Shown: one piece after another, positions 26,840-40,698 of the stretch | Layout: every line of letters begins with the position of its first letter | Numbering within the stretch: position 1 is the stretch's first letter | Assembly: GCF_001194135.2 (NCBI RefSeq) | Contig: NC_068984.1 | Location: 22,060,214-22,124,213, forward strand | Source of the DNA: Octopus bimaculoides | Taxonomy: Eukaryota | Length of the DNA: 64,000 nt | Direction: 5' to 3' | Position numbers and translations under genes: made by a program | Notes under the pieces: model-generated | What the model saw: the letters and a program-made list of their open reading frames with translations, nothing else | Databases searched by the model: none | Told to the model about the DNA's origin: nothing

Positions 26840-27190
26840 GTATTCAATCGGAACGTGCCATACGCTCTCTGCACAATTCAGGATCATAGCACATCAGTTC
26901 ACTGCAACACAATTTTCTTTCTTCCATAGGCTCTGCTCTATTTAATATTGTCCCAAAACAAATCAAAAAGGAAAAAATTCCCATCACCTTCAAACGAAAC
27001 CTGGACAAATTTCTTCAAGGGATACCAGATAAGTCACCTCTACCTGAATACACCTGACTCAACTGTCAGCTTAAATGGAAAATGATACCACAAAACGTGT
27101 CTTAAAATGATTTAACAGATCCTATAAGATGGTGCTTTTAAGTCAGACATGACCTGGGCCAATCTTTGGCCGAAACATATCTGAGTTATA
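26840..27190 (+). mobile_element. CR1/L2/Jockey-group LINE 3' end remnant
   Basis: Reads HNFLSSIGSALFNIVPKQIKKEKIPITFKRNLDKFLQGIPDKSPLPEY (cf. G..LFN.LP..I.......FK..LDKFL..IPD.P..PGY). Clade within this group not resolvable. Confidence 0.75.
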
Positions 27191-28866
27191 AATCCTCATA
27201 CGCTACTACTGTTAAAGCTTGTAATATTAATAATGTATATTCTAGGTTTCGACCGTCGTCTTTCAACGATTATTTACTGGATTCGGTTTAGAATTTCAGA
27301 AGGAATATCACTGAAAATTCACATGTTTGTCTAATTGCTTACACATGTAGAACAGTTTGAAATTTGGACATTGGAATGGCTGGAAAATTACTGACAGTTT
27401 GCTACTATTTTCGCAATTACAGATTTTCCAAAATTACACCAAATCTAAATCTTTTAATGATGCCTACTAGAGATTGCGCAACGTCTGTAAGATTATTAAG
27501 AGACTAACAAGATGTACATTATTCTATTTAAATACAGCGTTAATACTGATAAGATAAGCCCATATCTTGATATCTCTATAGTATTTCATTTTTTTATATT
27601 TATTTCTATCGTAAATAGCTTCTAAATTTAGGTACATTTGATACATAATTTTTTTTTTGATGATGAAATTTTCTGTAGTTAACTGACTTTTATTCCGTAC
27701 AATGACCAAATAAGACGCACTATATTTAAACCTGTAGCTGTCCACAAGTTTGCTTGGATTTCTTTATAACAAAATGACTGAATTATCTGATTGTCATGAC
27801 TAAGTAACGTATGAGTTACTATTCTTATCTTACTTTTCGATCATCGTAATACGTTTAGCCAATTTACGTAATTTTTTCCCTTCTTATAAGTATGCTATCT
27901 TACTGGCTAGGTCAGAGTAACCACAGGGTAAGTAGTAGATGAAAGTCTTTAAATAAACAATAATACGAGCGACAAAAGAACTGGATATAGAGTTTTCCTA
28001 CTCGAGCAAAGAAGGGGTTTAATTTCTAATAATAACAAAGTCTCAAATGAGAAGTTATCAACAACACAACACAATTCTAGAGCGATATATGGTCGATATT
28101 CTACTACTTAGACTTACAGGAATGACATGAAGATAAAGGAAAGGAGAAAACGACAACATCAACAACAACAAAAAATGACAAGAAAAATAACCCGAATGAA
28201 AGCTAACTGGCAATAATAACGAGGTGCATTAAATTTGTGCGTGAAAAATCGAAATTGGGTTTTAATCCTTCTTCTATACAAAGCAGGACAACGAAAATAA
28301 GATAAATAAGTATTTTGTGACGAGGTTATAATTTACGTCAATCAATTTTCACAACAGGAAAATCATTTAAAAAAAATTTTATCTCGATTTTGGTTTTTTT
28401 TTTTTTTCTTCTCTGTTGTTCATACATTTTCTCTCTAAACACTACTTATTCTAGATTTGATGAAGCGCCATCAACTCTCGAAAATATTTACTTATGTTAA
28501 TATAAATGATTAACTGTCGTTTTCCATTTGCTACGCTTATATTTTATTATTCTTTACTGTTGTTGTTATTGTAGTTTTTGTTTTTGCTTTATGTTTTTAT
28601 CAGTAAACAAAACTAAATGCAATAATCCACAATGCCGATGCACAAAATGTCTCTCCCGGCGTTATACTTGAGTTTTTAAATTGGAAATTATGTGATATAC
28701 AAATTTTAGATACCAACATAAAAACACGCATACACATATACACTCAAATGTGCACACGTACACACACAAGCACGCATACACACGCGACAAACATACGTAT
28801 ATAAATATATATATATTGTATGCATGAGTGCGTGTGTACATATATATATATGTGTGTGTGTGTGCG

Positions 28867-28929
<63 letters not shown>

Positions 28930-29478
28930 GTCAATACTTCCTTCTTTTGGTTTTTAATGCATATATGTATGTAGGTATACTTGTGTGTTTACACACAAAC
29001 ACGTACACTCGCACGCATATAAAACAAGCAATGAGCATGCTCAATAAAAGGTCAATTCGTAACATATATGTGTGTATGTTTAACTGATGTACGAATGACC
29101 TTATATACACCGTCCTGGATATGTACCACTTTTATGTTTATGAAAGCAAAAAATAATCTTACCGATACAAAAAGAGAAATATATAGACTCTCTAACTCTT
29201 GTCTTCTCTCTAATATATTTGAAGCTTACAGATACAAAACCAAGAAGTACTAGCAAATTATACATAGATGTACGCCTTTCCGCATTCCGCCAACACGCTC
29301 TCGTTCACGTGACGTTGGAAAACATTGAAATCATTGCTTTAGGATATACAACGTGTCTCTTGAGGATATATTCTATGTAAAGTATTTATTAGTCATAGGA
29401 ATGACATGAAAAGGGCACAGACAGACACACGCACACACTCACATACACATATAAATGTTTAGTTATATTCATCTATAC

Positions 29479-29567
<89 letters not shown>

Positions 29568-29982
29568 CATACATGTATATATATGTATACATAAACGTAC
29601 ATTCATGTATATGTGTGTGTGTGTGTGTGTGTACATAAGCATGCATACACAACCTTTCCATTCTGGAACGTACATTGAAACATCAACCTAGAGGAGGTAC
29701 TTACATAAGCAGAAACGCGTTTTAATAGATTCATGTATGCGTAAATAATTGTTCATACACAATAGTATTGACCCCCCCCCCAAATATATGTATATACACA
29801 CACACAACATAATCACTCACATATATGGAAGAAAGTATGAGTATGTATGTGTATGAGTATTTGTTTGTGTATGTGCATTTACACAATATATACATATATA
29901 TTCACGTATATATATATACATATACCTATACACATACACACACATGCACGTGTATTATCTATCAATCTCTATATGTACGTAT

Positions 29983-30044
<62 letters not shown>

Positions 30045-30603
30045 CTGTGTGTGTGTGTATGTATGCATGTATGTATATACATCGCTCAACTAAGTCGCTG
30101 ACGATTTACTATCGATCAATGTAGTTTAGAAGTATCTCATATTAAAAAAAGAATAAATTGATACATTGATGTAGCTCACTTATTATCAGCGCTTCTGGTA
30201 CATTCATTGTGAGTTATTTACACGGAAACATTTTTTCCTTTTTCTTTTTTTTTACATTTGCAGATAATTGGTGCCTAAAATTCCTCGTTTCGATAAATTT
30301 AAGAAACGCCATCTTAGGTAAACGTTTAGACGTGTATGTCATTCAGAAGAACCATCCAATTACCGGTTTATTCTATTTTTGCTAGAATGTATGTATTAAT
30401 AAATTAATCTCTAAAATGAGACGAGCGAAGAGGCGTGAACGAATGATTGAGTGGCGTATCAAATAGCTTACGGTGGGACGTTTAAATTCCCTTTGTTCTA
30501 GGCTCGAATCACAGTTGTGTTAATGTTAATTTTTTTTTCATTTCATTTCTCTGAGAACTATAAGAATGTTTCCAACCTGTTCTCAAGTCGTTGGAACCGA
30601 TTA

Positions 30604-30741
30604 TACAGGGTGTACCAAAACTGATGCACCAAGATTAAAACTCATGTAATATATATATATATCGCACATGGTAATGAGAATAATAATGTAATATAGATAA
30701 AACGTCAAATGGTTCGGTGCGTACTTTTGGCCTACTCTGTA
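30604..30741. mobile_element. Tc1/mariner-derived MITE (~138 bp including terminal TA)
   Basis: Left end TACAGGGTGTACCAAAACTGATGCACC; reverse complement of right end TACAGAGTAGGCCAAAAGTACGCACC. Imperfect TIRs beginning TA-CAG, with TA at both ends. Confidence 0.7.
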
Positions 30742-31082
30742 CAAGTATTTATCCATCTTCACATATTAGTAGGTTTACGCCTAATGCAAATGTGTTTTAG
30801 AAACCAATGAGTGCAGTGAATGAAACAGAACTGATTGAGTACCCAACGAACTGTATTATTTTATAGTAATTAGTATCATCCATATAGGTTGTAAACTAAA
30901 ATATACTTTAACAGGTATAAGTATAGCTCTACCGTTAAGAAGTTAATTTTTGCAATCATTTACTTTAACGTTCGATCCCACAACACAGTTCATTGGGCAG
31001 GTATATCTACTGTAGACTCGGGTTGATTAATGCCTTGTGAAAGAAATCTGGTCAACGAAACCGCGTTACCTGAAATATTTTG

Positions 31083-31473
31083 GAAGTGGGGGCTGCTTGA
31101 TTTCATCGACTCTAGTGCTAAACACTGAAAGGATGAAAGGTAAAGTCGACCCCGGCGGCATATGAACTCAGAATATAACGACGGACGAAATGTTGCTAAG
31201 CATTTTGCCCGGAGTGCTAACAAAACTCCCAGCTGGCCGCCTTTGTGCTCGTTAATAATGGTTTCAAATTTTTCTACAAGGGCACCAACTTTGGAGGTAG
31301 GGGATTAGTCGATTACATCGATCCTAGTGTTTAAATGGTACTTATTTTATCGACCCCCGAAGGATGAAAGGCAAAGTCGACATCGGCGGAATTTGAACTC
31401 AGAACGTAGTGACGGGTGAAATACCGTTAAGCATTTCATCCAGCGTGCTAACGATTGTGCCACCTCGCCGCCT
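31083..31473 (-). mobile_element. SINE family A, dimer (31083-31243, 31258-31473)
   Basis: Reverse-complement family A copies; both end in GCCGCCTTTGTGCTC. Confidence 0.85.
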
Positions 31474-32005
31474 TTGTGCTCTTATAATAAAATGGATGAA
31501 GGAATGCTTAACTCAGCAGAAGAATGTAATACATTGTTGAATGGAATAAGAGTTTATAATTTAGTACCAATGTTTTCTTACTGGTGAATTAAGTCAACTA
31601 TTTTGGAAATAGAAACGCAAATGTCATTACGTCATAATAGCTGTTCAGAATGTTAACTTTGAAATTGCTCTCTACTTCTTCAGCATCAAATAATTAGTAC
31701 TAAATTACTAAATTAAATTCCGTGAAACTATGTGTGAGTGTATATAATTATTTCGGTTAAACATAGCGATACTAATAACGTGGTCTTAGAATTAAATATA
31801 CAGATGCTCCATGAAAAAAAATGCGTTAGTCAAGTACAGAGCAGTAATAAGAAATATAATAAATGACAAAGGAATGAGAAATTATATCCTGAAATTCATT
31901 AGCTTATAACTGTGTCTGCCCTCAAATGCAGTGCACTCGTAACTGAGTGCATGTGTATCACCCTATATCCTTATCAGAACTTCAAAAATGAAGAGCAACA
32001 ACAAC

Positions 32006-32040
<35 letters not shown>

Positions 32041-32131
32041 AACACACACACGTACGTTTGTATGTATGTATGTATATGTAGCTGGAAAATGACTTGATAT
32101 ATGACCATGCATATATATATATATCTATATA

Positions 32132-32197
32132 TATATCGATTTAAATAAGAGCTAAAATCTGATCCATTGTATTTTAGCTCTTATTTAAATCGATATA
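32132..32197. repeat. Perfect 27-bp inverted repeat with 12-nt loop
   Basis: TATATCGATTTAAATAAGAGCTAAAAT - CTGATCCATTGT - ATTTTAGCTCTTATTTAAATCGATATA. Confidence 0.95.
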
Positions 32198-32312
32198 CAT
32201 AGAAAAACTCACTTGTGAGTATTTTGCTACGTCTGATAGCAGATACAATATGTTTGCCAAATTTTGGTATAAATCTATAAATATATATATATATATATAT
32301 ATNNNNNNNNNN

Positions 32313-32352
<40 letters not shown>

Positions 32353-32687
32353 CCGTGTTATGTATTTCTCTATATTGGTATAAATTGGTGCGTTGTGTTG
32401 CTTTTCTTTCATCAACAACATAACTTACCGATCCATAAAATATATAAGCAAAATGAAATAAGTACTTGGGTCTATACGACCGACGGAATGACTTTGAAAA
32501 TTCTGCATCGACACCTCTGTAGTCAGAGGACTCAAACCAGTTAAAGAGAAAAAGCGTTTATAAACCTTGAGAGATGTAGTTATGGTGATATGCTGCAAAA
32601 TTTGGCCTTTTCATCAACCTCAAAACCAAGCGGCATGTTTTTGTAAAATATGAAGGGAACTCATTGGTTTTATATAACTTATACAAA

Positions 32688-32947
32688 CAGGAGTGGCTGT
32701 GTGGTAAGTAGCTTGCATACCAACCACATGATTCCGGGTTCAATCCCATTGCGTGGTACCGTGAGCATGTGTCTTCTGTTATAGCCTCGGGCCGGCCAAA
32801 GCCTTGTGAGTGGATTTGGTAGACGAAACTGAAAGAAGTCCGTAGTATATATCTATATATNNNNNNNNNNNNNNNNNNNNNNNNNNNNNNNNNNNNNNNN
32901 NNNNNNNNNNNNNNNNNNNNNNNNNNNNNNNNNNNNNNNNNNNNNNN

Positions 32948-32993
<46 letters not shown>

Positions 32994-33212
32994 TCTGTGT
33001 CTGTGTCTGTCCCGCCCACCGTCGCTTGGCAACTGATATTGGTGCGTCTACGTCTCCGTAAATTATCGGTTGGGCAAAATTGCCCGATAAAATAAGTAAC
33101 AGGTTCACAAATAATAAGTTGTGGGGTCGATTTTTTTCTACAAAAGCCGATGCTCCAGCATGGACGCAGTCAGAAGACTGAAGCAAATAAAAGAGTATGA
33201 AGAGTAAAAGAG
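32688..33212 (+). mobile_element. SINE family B, full length (gap in central microsatellite)
   Basis: CAGGAGTGGCTGTGTGGTAAGTAGCTTGC..CCGGGTTCAATCCC..AAAGCCTTGTGAGTGGATTTGGTAGACG..GCTCCAGCATGGACGCAGTC. Confidence 0.92.
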
Positions 33213-33344
33213 AATCACAGATATCTCATGTTGATGTTGTAGTTGCTTTTAGCAGATCTACGATGAATAGATTTTTTCCTTTCGATATTAAACGTTATCT
33301 AATGTCTCAAATTTCAAATAAAACGACAGTTTTAAATCAGCGAG

Positions 33345-33525
33345 CTGGTATAATTATTAGAGCGTCAGACTAAATGTTTAGCAGCAAAGCTTCCGGACTT
33401 TTTATGTTCTAAATTCAAACCTTACCGATGTGAACTTTACTCTTCATCATTTCGTGTCAGTAAATTATTGGGGTTGATAGCATTGACCCCAGTAATTTCA
33501 CAGAAGTCGATGCTATCGACCCCTG
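33345..33525 (+). mobile_element. SINE family A, degraded copy with internal inverted duplication
   Basis: GAGCTGGTATAATTATTAG, TTCTAAATTCAAAC, AACTTTACTCTTCATCATTTCG align to family A; followed by GGGGTTGAT/ATCGACCCC palindromes. Confidence 0.6.
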
Positions 33526-33962
33526 TGTTCCTTTTAGGGGAAATGGGATTTCGGTTACTTATGCACCATGTAAACCGGGTAACCGGCCTTATGAGTTCAC
33601 AAGCTCAATGAAATGTGTAGTTTCAGTGAAGGTTAAAACATTGACAGCATGTCCACACTACTTCTTTGATTCGAAGTCGAATCGAAGTAATTCTTACGTA
33701 CGCAGTGTCAACGTTCTGGTATCGATTTGTGTCATTTCTGAATACCAAAAGAAAATTAATTTCTGAATATATTATTAATATCACCTCATTAGATTGCCTG
33801 TCTGTATTAAACCTGGATCTGTGGAAACGAAGATATTAAATCAAGCGTTAAAGCAGCAAAAGAAATTCTATCAAGTTATTGATTGTATTTTCGCTAGTTA
33901 CGATCAATTTAACGGGTATATGATACACATATGCATGCATATACATACATACATACACACAA

Positions 33963-34010
<48 letters not shown>

Positions 34011-35217
34011 NNNNNNNNNNGCACATATATATATATATATGTGTATATATTCTAGGCGCACACATACATGTTATCTACCTACCTATCTCTCTCTCTCTCT
34101 CCGCTTATATATATAAGCATATATACGCGAAAGATTCCGAAGTGTACTGGCCAGTAATTTGATCTTAGCTCATGAAAATTTAATCAATACTTTGATGGAA
34201 TTTCATTGCTGCTCTAAAGCATGATTTAATACTTTTCTGCATTGAGTCAGATTTAGTGTGAGATCGAAAAGCAATATATGTGATATCTATCTATCTATCT
34301 ATCTATCGATCATTCTAGCTGTCTGTCTGTCTGTTTGTCTCTGACTCTACCTACCTACCAAGGTACCTACCTAACTGTTTATATATTTGTGAATATATAT
34401 GCATATATTTATATGTGTGTGTGTGTGTGAGTTTATATGAATATATGACTGTAAATACACACGTAACTTTCTATGAGTGAAACTTTCTATGTTCGTGTTC
34501 CTATGTATGATGTCACATATTACTGATGGAGAGAATAAATTATGTTTTCCTTTTCTAAACATCTAATCTCAGGTGTTGAATGCTATTTTCGCTAGCTGAT
34601 TTTGTATTTTAAGCGCCCGCAGAGAATTTTATCGACGCCAGAAGCCATTTTATTTGATGTTAATAATAACATTGAGCCCCTATTTAGCGTATTAACTTGA
34701 ACAATAAATAAAAATATTGCAATTTAAGATTGTCTGTATTTGCATAAATAATTCTACGAGATTAATAGTTTGATTCACTGGTCGAGCCTCTAGTCGATAG
34801 AAAACAATACACATGAGACTGAAGTTTGGTTTTCATAATACGAAATTTGATTGGAATGCCACGTAACTCTATTTTATTAGAAATTACTTTTAAGAAGAAT
34901 ATTTCATATTTAAATTAAATATTGAAACCACCTTCATTTAAATTGTAGAATTGTACCGGTTCTGTGTATACAAGTTACAGAAGTGTTTGTCTGAAAATAT
35001 ATATTTCCTATATGCAAAATCAAGCTGCAATACAAACTCAGATGAACATATACATATATATAGACAGTTACAGATAGACATGTACATACATACTTACATA
35101 CATATATGCATACATACATACATACATACATACATACATACATAATTGCATACATACAAATTTCTTCCTGGTAAGCATAAAGTTTCTGAAATGTATAGAG
35201 AAATTCGAAGGATTGCT

Positions 35218-35275
35218 TTGGTTCAATGGTAGAACGTCGATTATGACCATCAGAGATGTGGCTTCAAGTCCCATG
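35218..35275 (+). pseudogene. tRNA-like remnant (degenerate SINE head or tRNA pseudogene)
   Basis: TGGTTCAATGGTAGAA (A-box-like) and GGCTTCAAGTCCC (B-box-like) at tRNA spacing; the anticodon stem does not pair. Confidence 0.35.
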
Positions 35276-35399
35276 TATAGCCTTCGACTCTCCCTGTTAT
35301 ATATCAAGTTCTATGAACTAGATGCTTGAAGCCCTACACCTAAGCAAAATCGTTTCTCTTCCTCTCTCTCTCAATATATATGCGTGTGTGTGTGTGTGT

Positions 35400-35560
35400 G
35401 CCTCGTGGGCATCGGTGGCGATTTTTTCTTCCTCCGTTTTTCCCTTCTTTCCTTGTTTCCGACGAAGAGCTCCGCTCGAAACGTCATACTCTCTCTCTTT
35501 CCTTTCCCGAGCGTCTAGTAACACTATCTATATCACGTCCTCACGTTTATGTTATTGTTT
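35400..35560 (+). repeat. Dispersed repeat, Penelope-end-like, homologous to 891-1000
   Basis: CCGACGAAGAGCTCCGCTCGAAACGTCA motif; second copy within this window. Confidence 0.6.
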
Positions 35561-35691
35561 TTTGTCTTTTTCCTTTTTTCAAACTTATATATACATGCAT
35601 GTGTGTGTATGTGTATATGTATATTTATATACACATACAGAAATAGACAGATCGAGAGAGAGCGGAAGAAAGAAAGAGAGAGAGAGAGAGA

Positions 35692-35732
<41 letters not shown>

Positions 35733-36365
35733 AAGAGTGAGAGATAGGCAGAGCTGTTTCTGTGTGCATGAAAAAGTATGATTTCATTATTTCTATGCAT
35801 CAATAGCAGAGGTGAAACAGAACGTAGATAATAAATTTGGTTTCATCAATTGATCAATTCACTTGTTAGAGGGCATTCATATTATTTATATGAAACATGT
35901 AAAGATATTGATGTTCCCGAATCCTGTACATCGCATAAAGTGTCTGAATGCTATATGTTATACAAATCATTTCCAAATGACAACAATCAAAATATCTTGC
36001 CCATGTTTATTGATCCACTGTGTAAAACCTAGAAACATAACTGATTGAAATCCTCTTTAGGTGGATTGGATGAGATTTTGTATGAAGTGTCAGAATACAG
36101 TTATTCAAAATTATATGTATACAATATATATATACATCGATAAGTAGGGCATATGCACATTCATACCAATGCGACAATGCAACGTCACTACTTCAATAGC
36201 TTTGAATGTGGCGTGTGTGTATGCATGTGTCTGTGTGTGTGTATGCGTGCGTGCATGTGTGTGTATAAAGGCAACCTTTTCACGAAGTCATTACAGCATT
36301 CGATTCTTTCCGATATATATATGTGTGTGTGTATGTGTGTGTGTGCGTGCATATGTACACACACA

Positions 36366-36403
<38 letters not shown>

Positions 36404-39400
36404 GACACACACACACATCTTTTAATTTGTTTCATTCCATTGTATTATGGTCATACTAGAGCATCTCCTTTAAAGATATAGTCGTACAAAACCGCTGTAC
36501 ATATTTCCTATAAGCCTTCTATTTTTTCAATCTGTCTCTTTTTGCAGAACAGTTAAAATACAGAGACGTAAACAAACCAACACCGACAGGCAAGCGATGG
36601 GCGGGTGACAAAAAAATGTATATCTATATATATATACGTGGTGTTTGTGTTTCAGCGCGTGAGTATGTGTGTGTGAGTGTGTGTGTATGTGTATTGTTGG
36701 CCATAAACATTTTATAAACTGTCGACAGAACGTAAACAAATTATGTTTTGGAAAATATAACAACATAGGACAGAAATTGTAATTTGAATGCCTGTAAAAC
36801 TATTTCAATCCTTATATTTTACAATTCATTGAATAGAGCCCTGTACATTACCGTCCTGTAACACGTTTTATAGTATACAGAACCTAAAACGTTGCAAACT
36901 CGTGTTGATTCCGCCAGGATTTATAGTTAGAATATATGAACTTAATATTGTATGACGTTTAGATTGGTACAATCTCTCGCTGTGTTTTCTTTTCACACTA
37001 ACTTGAAAATGATCATCCGGTTTTTTCTCAATACACAAACAAGCTAAAACAGTATGGTTTAGGATTGAATAAAGTAAGAGGTACTATTGAATGAATATGT
37101 AAAGAAAACATTGAAAACCTAACAGAATTTATAAGCCTACCAGATAAAAAGAAAAACTAATATTTTCTTTAGGTAATGAACTAAGCAAGTGTATGAAAAG
37201 GTAGGACGATGAAGATAGATTTAATGATGATAAGAATAGCGCCAGAAAGACGAAAACACCCAAAACATACCGTAGATCTATTGACTTAAAACATTGCTAG
37301 TTGAAATTAGTAAAACAACAACCATCATGCCCAATATGTAACATATCTTAAAAAAAGCTGTAAGAAATCTGGGAGGAGGCTAAAAGAGATTAGAAGAACC
37401 CGTTGTACATGGAAACTTGATCGCTAAATCATTTCTGTAGAGGACTACTGAGAATCGACAAGAAAACACAGGAATAATTCTCAAAAGTACGTAAATGAAT
37501 GTAACATGTAATTAATAGAAAATAATTCCTGGCCGGATTGCTAGAGGCTACATTGTTAGAGCCATCTAAGAATGCATGGGAGGCATACAGGCGATGTAGT
37601 GTCTATATGCATTGCTTTGTGTATCAATCCATTAGAGATAAATGAGACTAAAATGTTATCTAAGGAAGTAAAACACCCATGTATAATTAATACGTATAAG
37701 ATAATTAATTTATAACTAAATATCAAACTTTACATTTTCTCGTAACAAAATAAAAAGGAAAGATAGTCATTAAGAAATCCCAAGGATACAAACAATCGCG
37801 ATTAAGAGATATACATATAGAATCTATTTCAGGAACGGAAATAGAAATTGTACGTATGACAATAGAAGGATACATAAAAAGATAACAAATTGTTACTAAA
37901 GATATTGTTTAGAAATGTATAAAACTCGGTAAGAAAATAAACAAATCTGATACAGTTACGTAACACGTAAGAGTATATCTTTACTTGAAACATCATACGT
38001 CTTTCGAATTATGAAGAATCAAAGAAAACTGTTTGAAATGAAAGAAAATTAAGATTTCGATAAAATTAAAAAACTATGGAAATTCTAAAACAGAAGTAGG
38101 GAACATATTTTGGCCTCTAAGGTTTGATTCCTTTCATCAACATGACTGGTTCTTAGACGAGCCAACGATGGAGTTTTAATGCGATCTATGGATCTCGTAA
38201 CATTAACAGCCATGTCTACCTCATATCACACCTTACTGTTTTAAATATGATAAGCCCTCCCAAAAATTGGGATGGACCTGGTTGCAATGACTTTGATCAT
38301 ACGTCTGCTCCATCAGGAATGGACTGAGACAAATGCAATAAAACCCATTTTGCCATTTATATTCAACTGGGAAACATACCATCACAATGTTGAGTGTATG
38401 AAACTAATAACAGTGTAATGAGATGATTAGTGGTATCATGCTATTATAACCACTGTTCACTATCGCAGATGTCGGGAATATAACACTTTTGTGTTTTTCC
38501 GCCGGACTTCACATCAACACTTACCCAAGGTGCTATTTTGAGGTACCGAAATGAAGGGTGATTTCAGGTGTCTTTCACAGTTTGACTCCAAAGACGTTCT
38601 ACATTATACCGAAATATAAATAACTTAACTTTAAGTTTTTACCCCCACACAAAAGCTACTGAATATCTACAAACCAGACACAAACCCTGGCTTTACCAAG
38701 CGATGGTCTGGCAGGGTCAACTTGATCGAAGCTGGCGTGGGACTAAAAGTAGTAACAATTATAATGCATTTAACATGGCAAAATGCCACACATGTTTGAA
38801 GAAATATGTTGATTAATCGGTCCTGTTGCTTCATTGGTACTTAATTAACACATACATAACAGGAACAAGACTGGCGATATGAAAAGTAAAAATAATCGCC
38901 TGCATCACTTGCAGTCCGAAAGCAAAGGTATGTGGCAAAATAACACAATGCATTTTACGCACCGTCCTGTGAATCTTGCCAATCCAAGAATCCAAAATAT
39001 GTAAAAAAATTTCTATAGGAAAAATGACAAAAGAATGATAACATCAACAATTAATTGCATTATTGATTCTATGAAGATTCAATACCAAAAATATAAAAAA
39101 GAAACACTAATAATATTAGTGTTGACAAGAACGAAAGATTTTCTGTGATCATTGATGCCCTTTAAAAGAGAAAACAAGGTTGATAATGGTGACAAAACGA
39201 CTCTGATAAACCGCTTAATTGTTTTATTGATCAAATGATTAATCATGTAAGGGGTTAATTAATCGATTAAATTAGCTCACTGGTTGACTAATGATGATAA
39301 AATGATGGAGAAACAAGGCGTATGTTTTTACTAAGAAAATGACTCTTTCAAGATATAACATCGGTTACGACACACGATCTTACATGAGAAGTCTTGGAAT

Positions 39401-39769
39401 CAAAATATGAAAATATGAAAACAAAATTCTTCAAACGGCTAAGATTAGAGATATAATGTTACAGTAGAAAGTAGTATAGAATTTGAGCCAACGAAGGAAC
39501 CTCTACTTTTTGTTCGACTTCTTGAAAGATCAATTAAATTCCTATCAAATCACGCCCAAGTAGTTTAAACCATATAGCTTCTAAGATTAGATTGGCTGAT
39601 GAAGTATTAAATACATTATGTCTGAATACGTCAACCAAAATTTGTCAATTTTTCATTGCCTTGATATTCTTATATGACATGAACTAAAAGTAAAAATTAA
39701 AATTTCGGAAAAAATATTCCTTAAAATCTAAAGATACTGGTTTATGATTTTAATATAAAGCCAGATTTA

Positions 39770-40200
39770 AACAGAACGAACGGCGGATTGCAGAAGTGTT
39801 GTAAAGCCGGACAAAATACGTTGTGGTATTTTACGTCCCTTTACATACTAACTTCGAATTGCAACAAGGTCAAGCTCTATGTTTATTAAAATAAGAACTA
39901 ATCTTGCCTTACGTCGATTTGATAGATTGATACTTTCTCTAGTATTTAAAGCATTCAATCGATATTAGAAATCAAAGGTATAATTAAAGGCAGCGAACTG
40001 GCAGAACGGGTAAAGCATCGAAAAAATTACCTTGCGCTATATCTTCCGGTTCTTTACGTTCTAGGTTCAATTCCCTCGGAAGTCAACTTTCATCGTTTCA
40101 GGATCAATAGAATAAGTACTGGTTAAGTACAATGGTCAATGTAATCAACTCACCACCTCCCACTCAAAATTTCTGACTGTGAACCTAAATCTGAAACGAT
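39770..40200 (+). mobile_element. SINE family A, degraded dimer (39770-39900, 39985-40200)
   Basis: GCAGCGAACTGGCAGAACGGGTAAAGCATCG...TTTACGTTCTAGGTTCAATTCCC..AGTCAACTTTCATCGTTTCAGG; a weaker copy precedes it. Confidence 0.7.
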
Positions 40201-40661
40201 TATCATTAGAGGATGCCAATTCGCAGGGACAACACCCCACACACAGAGCACACCATCCAACTAGCAGCTAGGCATAACATACATGTAGGTCTAAACCAGC
40301 TTAGATAAGTGGATAAAGGCATTTCAAGGCGTCTTTCAACAATGGATTGATGCGGCTGAACAGAATAGAATAGAATAATTTGTGGACGGCGGAGATGATT
40401 TTGAAGTAGGTATGTTTCGAGTTATTTAACCAAGTTCATCTACTTTTTGCATTCAAATTGCATCAGAGTTTAATTTTTCTGTCATCCATCTAATATAAAT
40501 ATAATGTGTCAATTAAAGGTGTCGCCGCGTGGTTACGAAATATATGTCATGGTATTGCTTTGTGCAAGTCTCTTCTACATTAGTCTTCTGTTGAGAATGG
40601 AAAAGTTGGGTGTGAGTTTGTCTGCTTGTTTGTGCGTTTCTGTGTCAGTGTGTGTGTGAGA

Positions 40662-40698
<37 letters not shown>

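Noticed and set aside
37155-37178. Plus-strand TTTTCTTTAG|GTAATG and minus-strand TTTTAAG|GTAAGA (~4385) as further recursive sites
   Set aside because: Shorter pyrimidine tracts or weaker donors, expected by chance in AT-rich DNA.
37300-37450. RNLGGG*KRLEE as a fourth R4/Dong fragment; also 2200-2400 minus strand (TIWLIEMSL)
   Set aside because: Single weak motifs without supporting neighbours.
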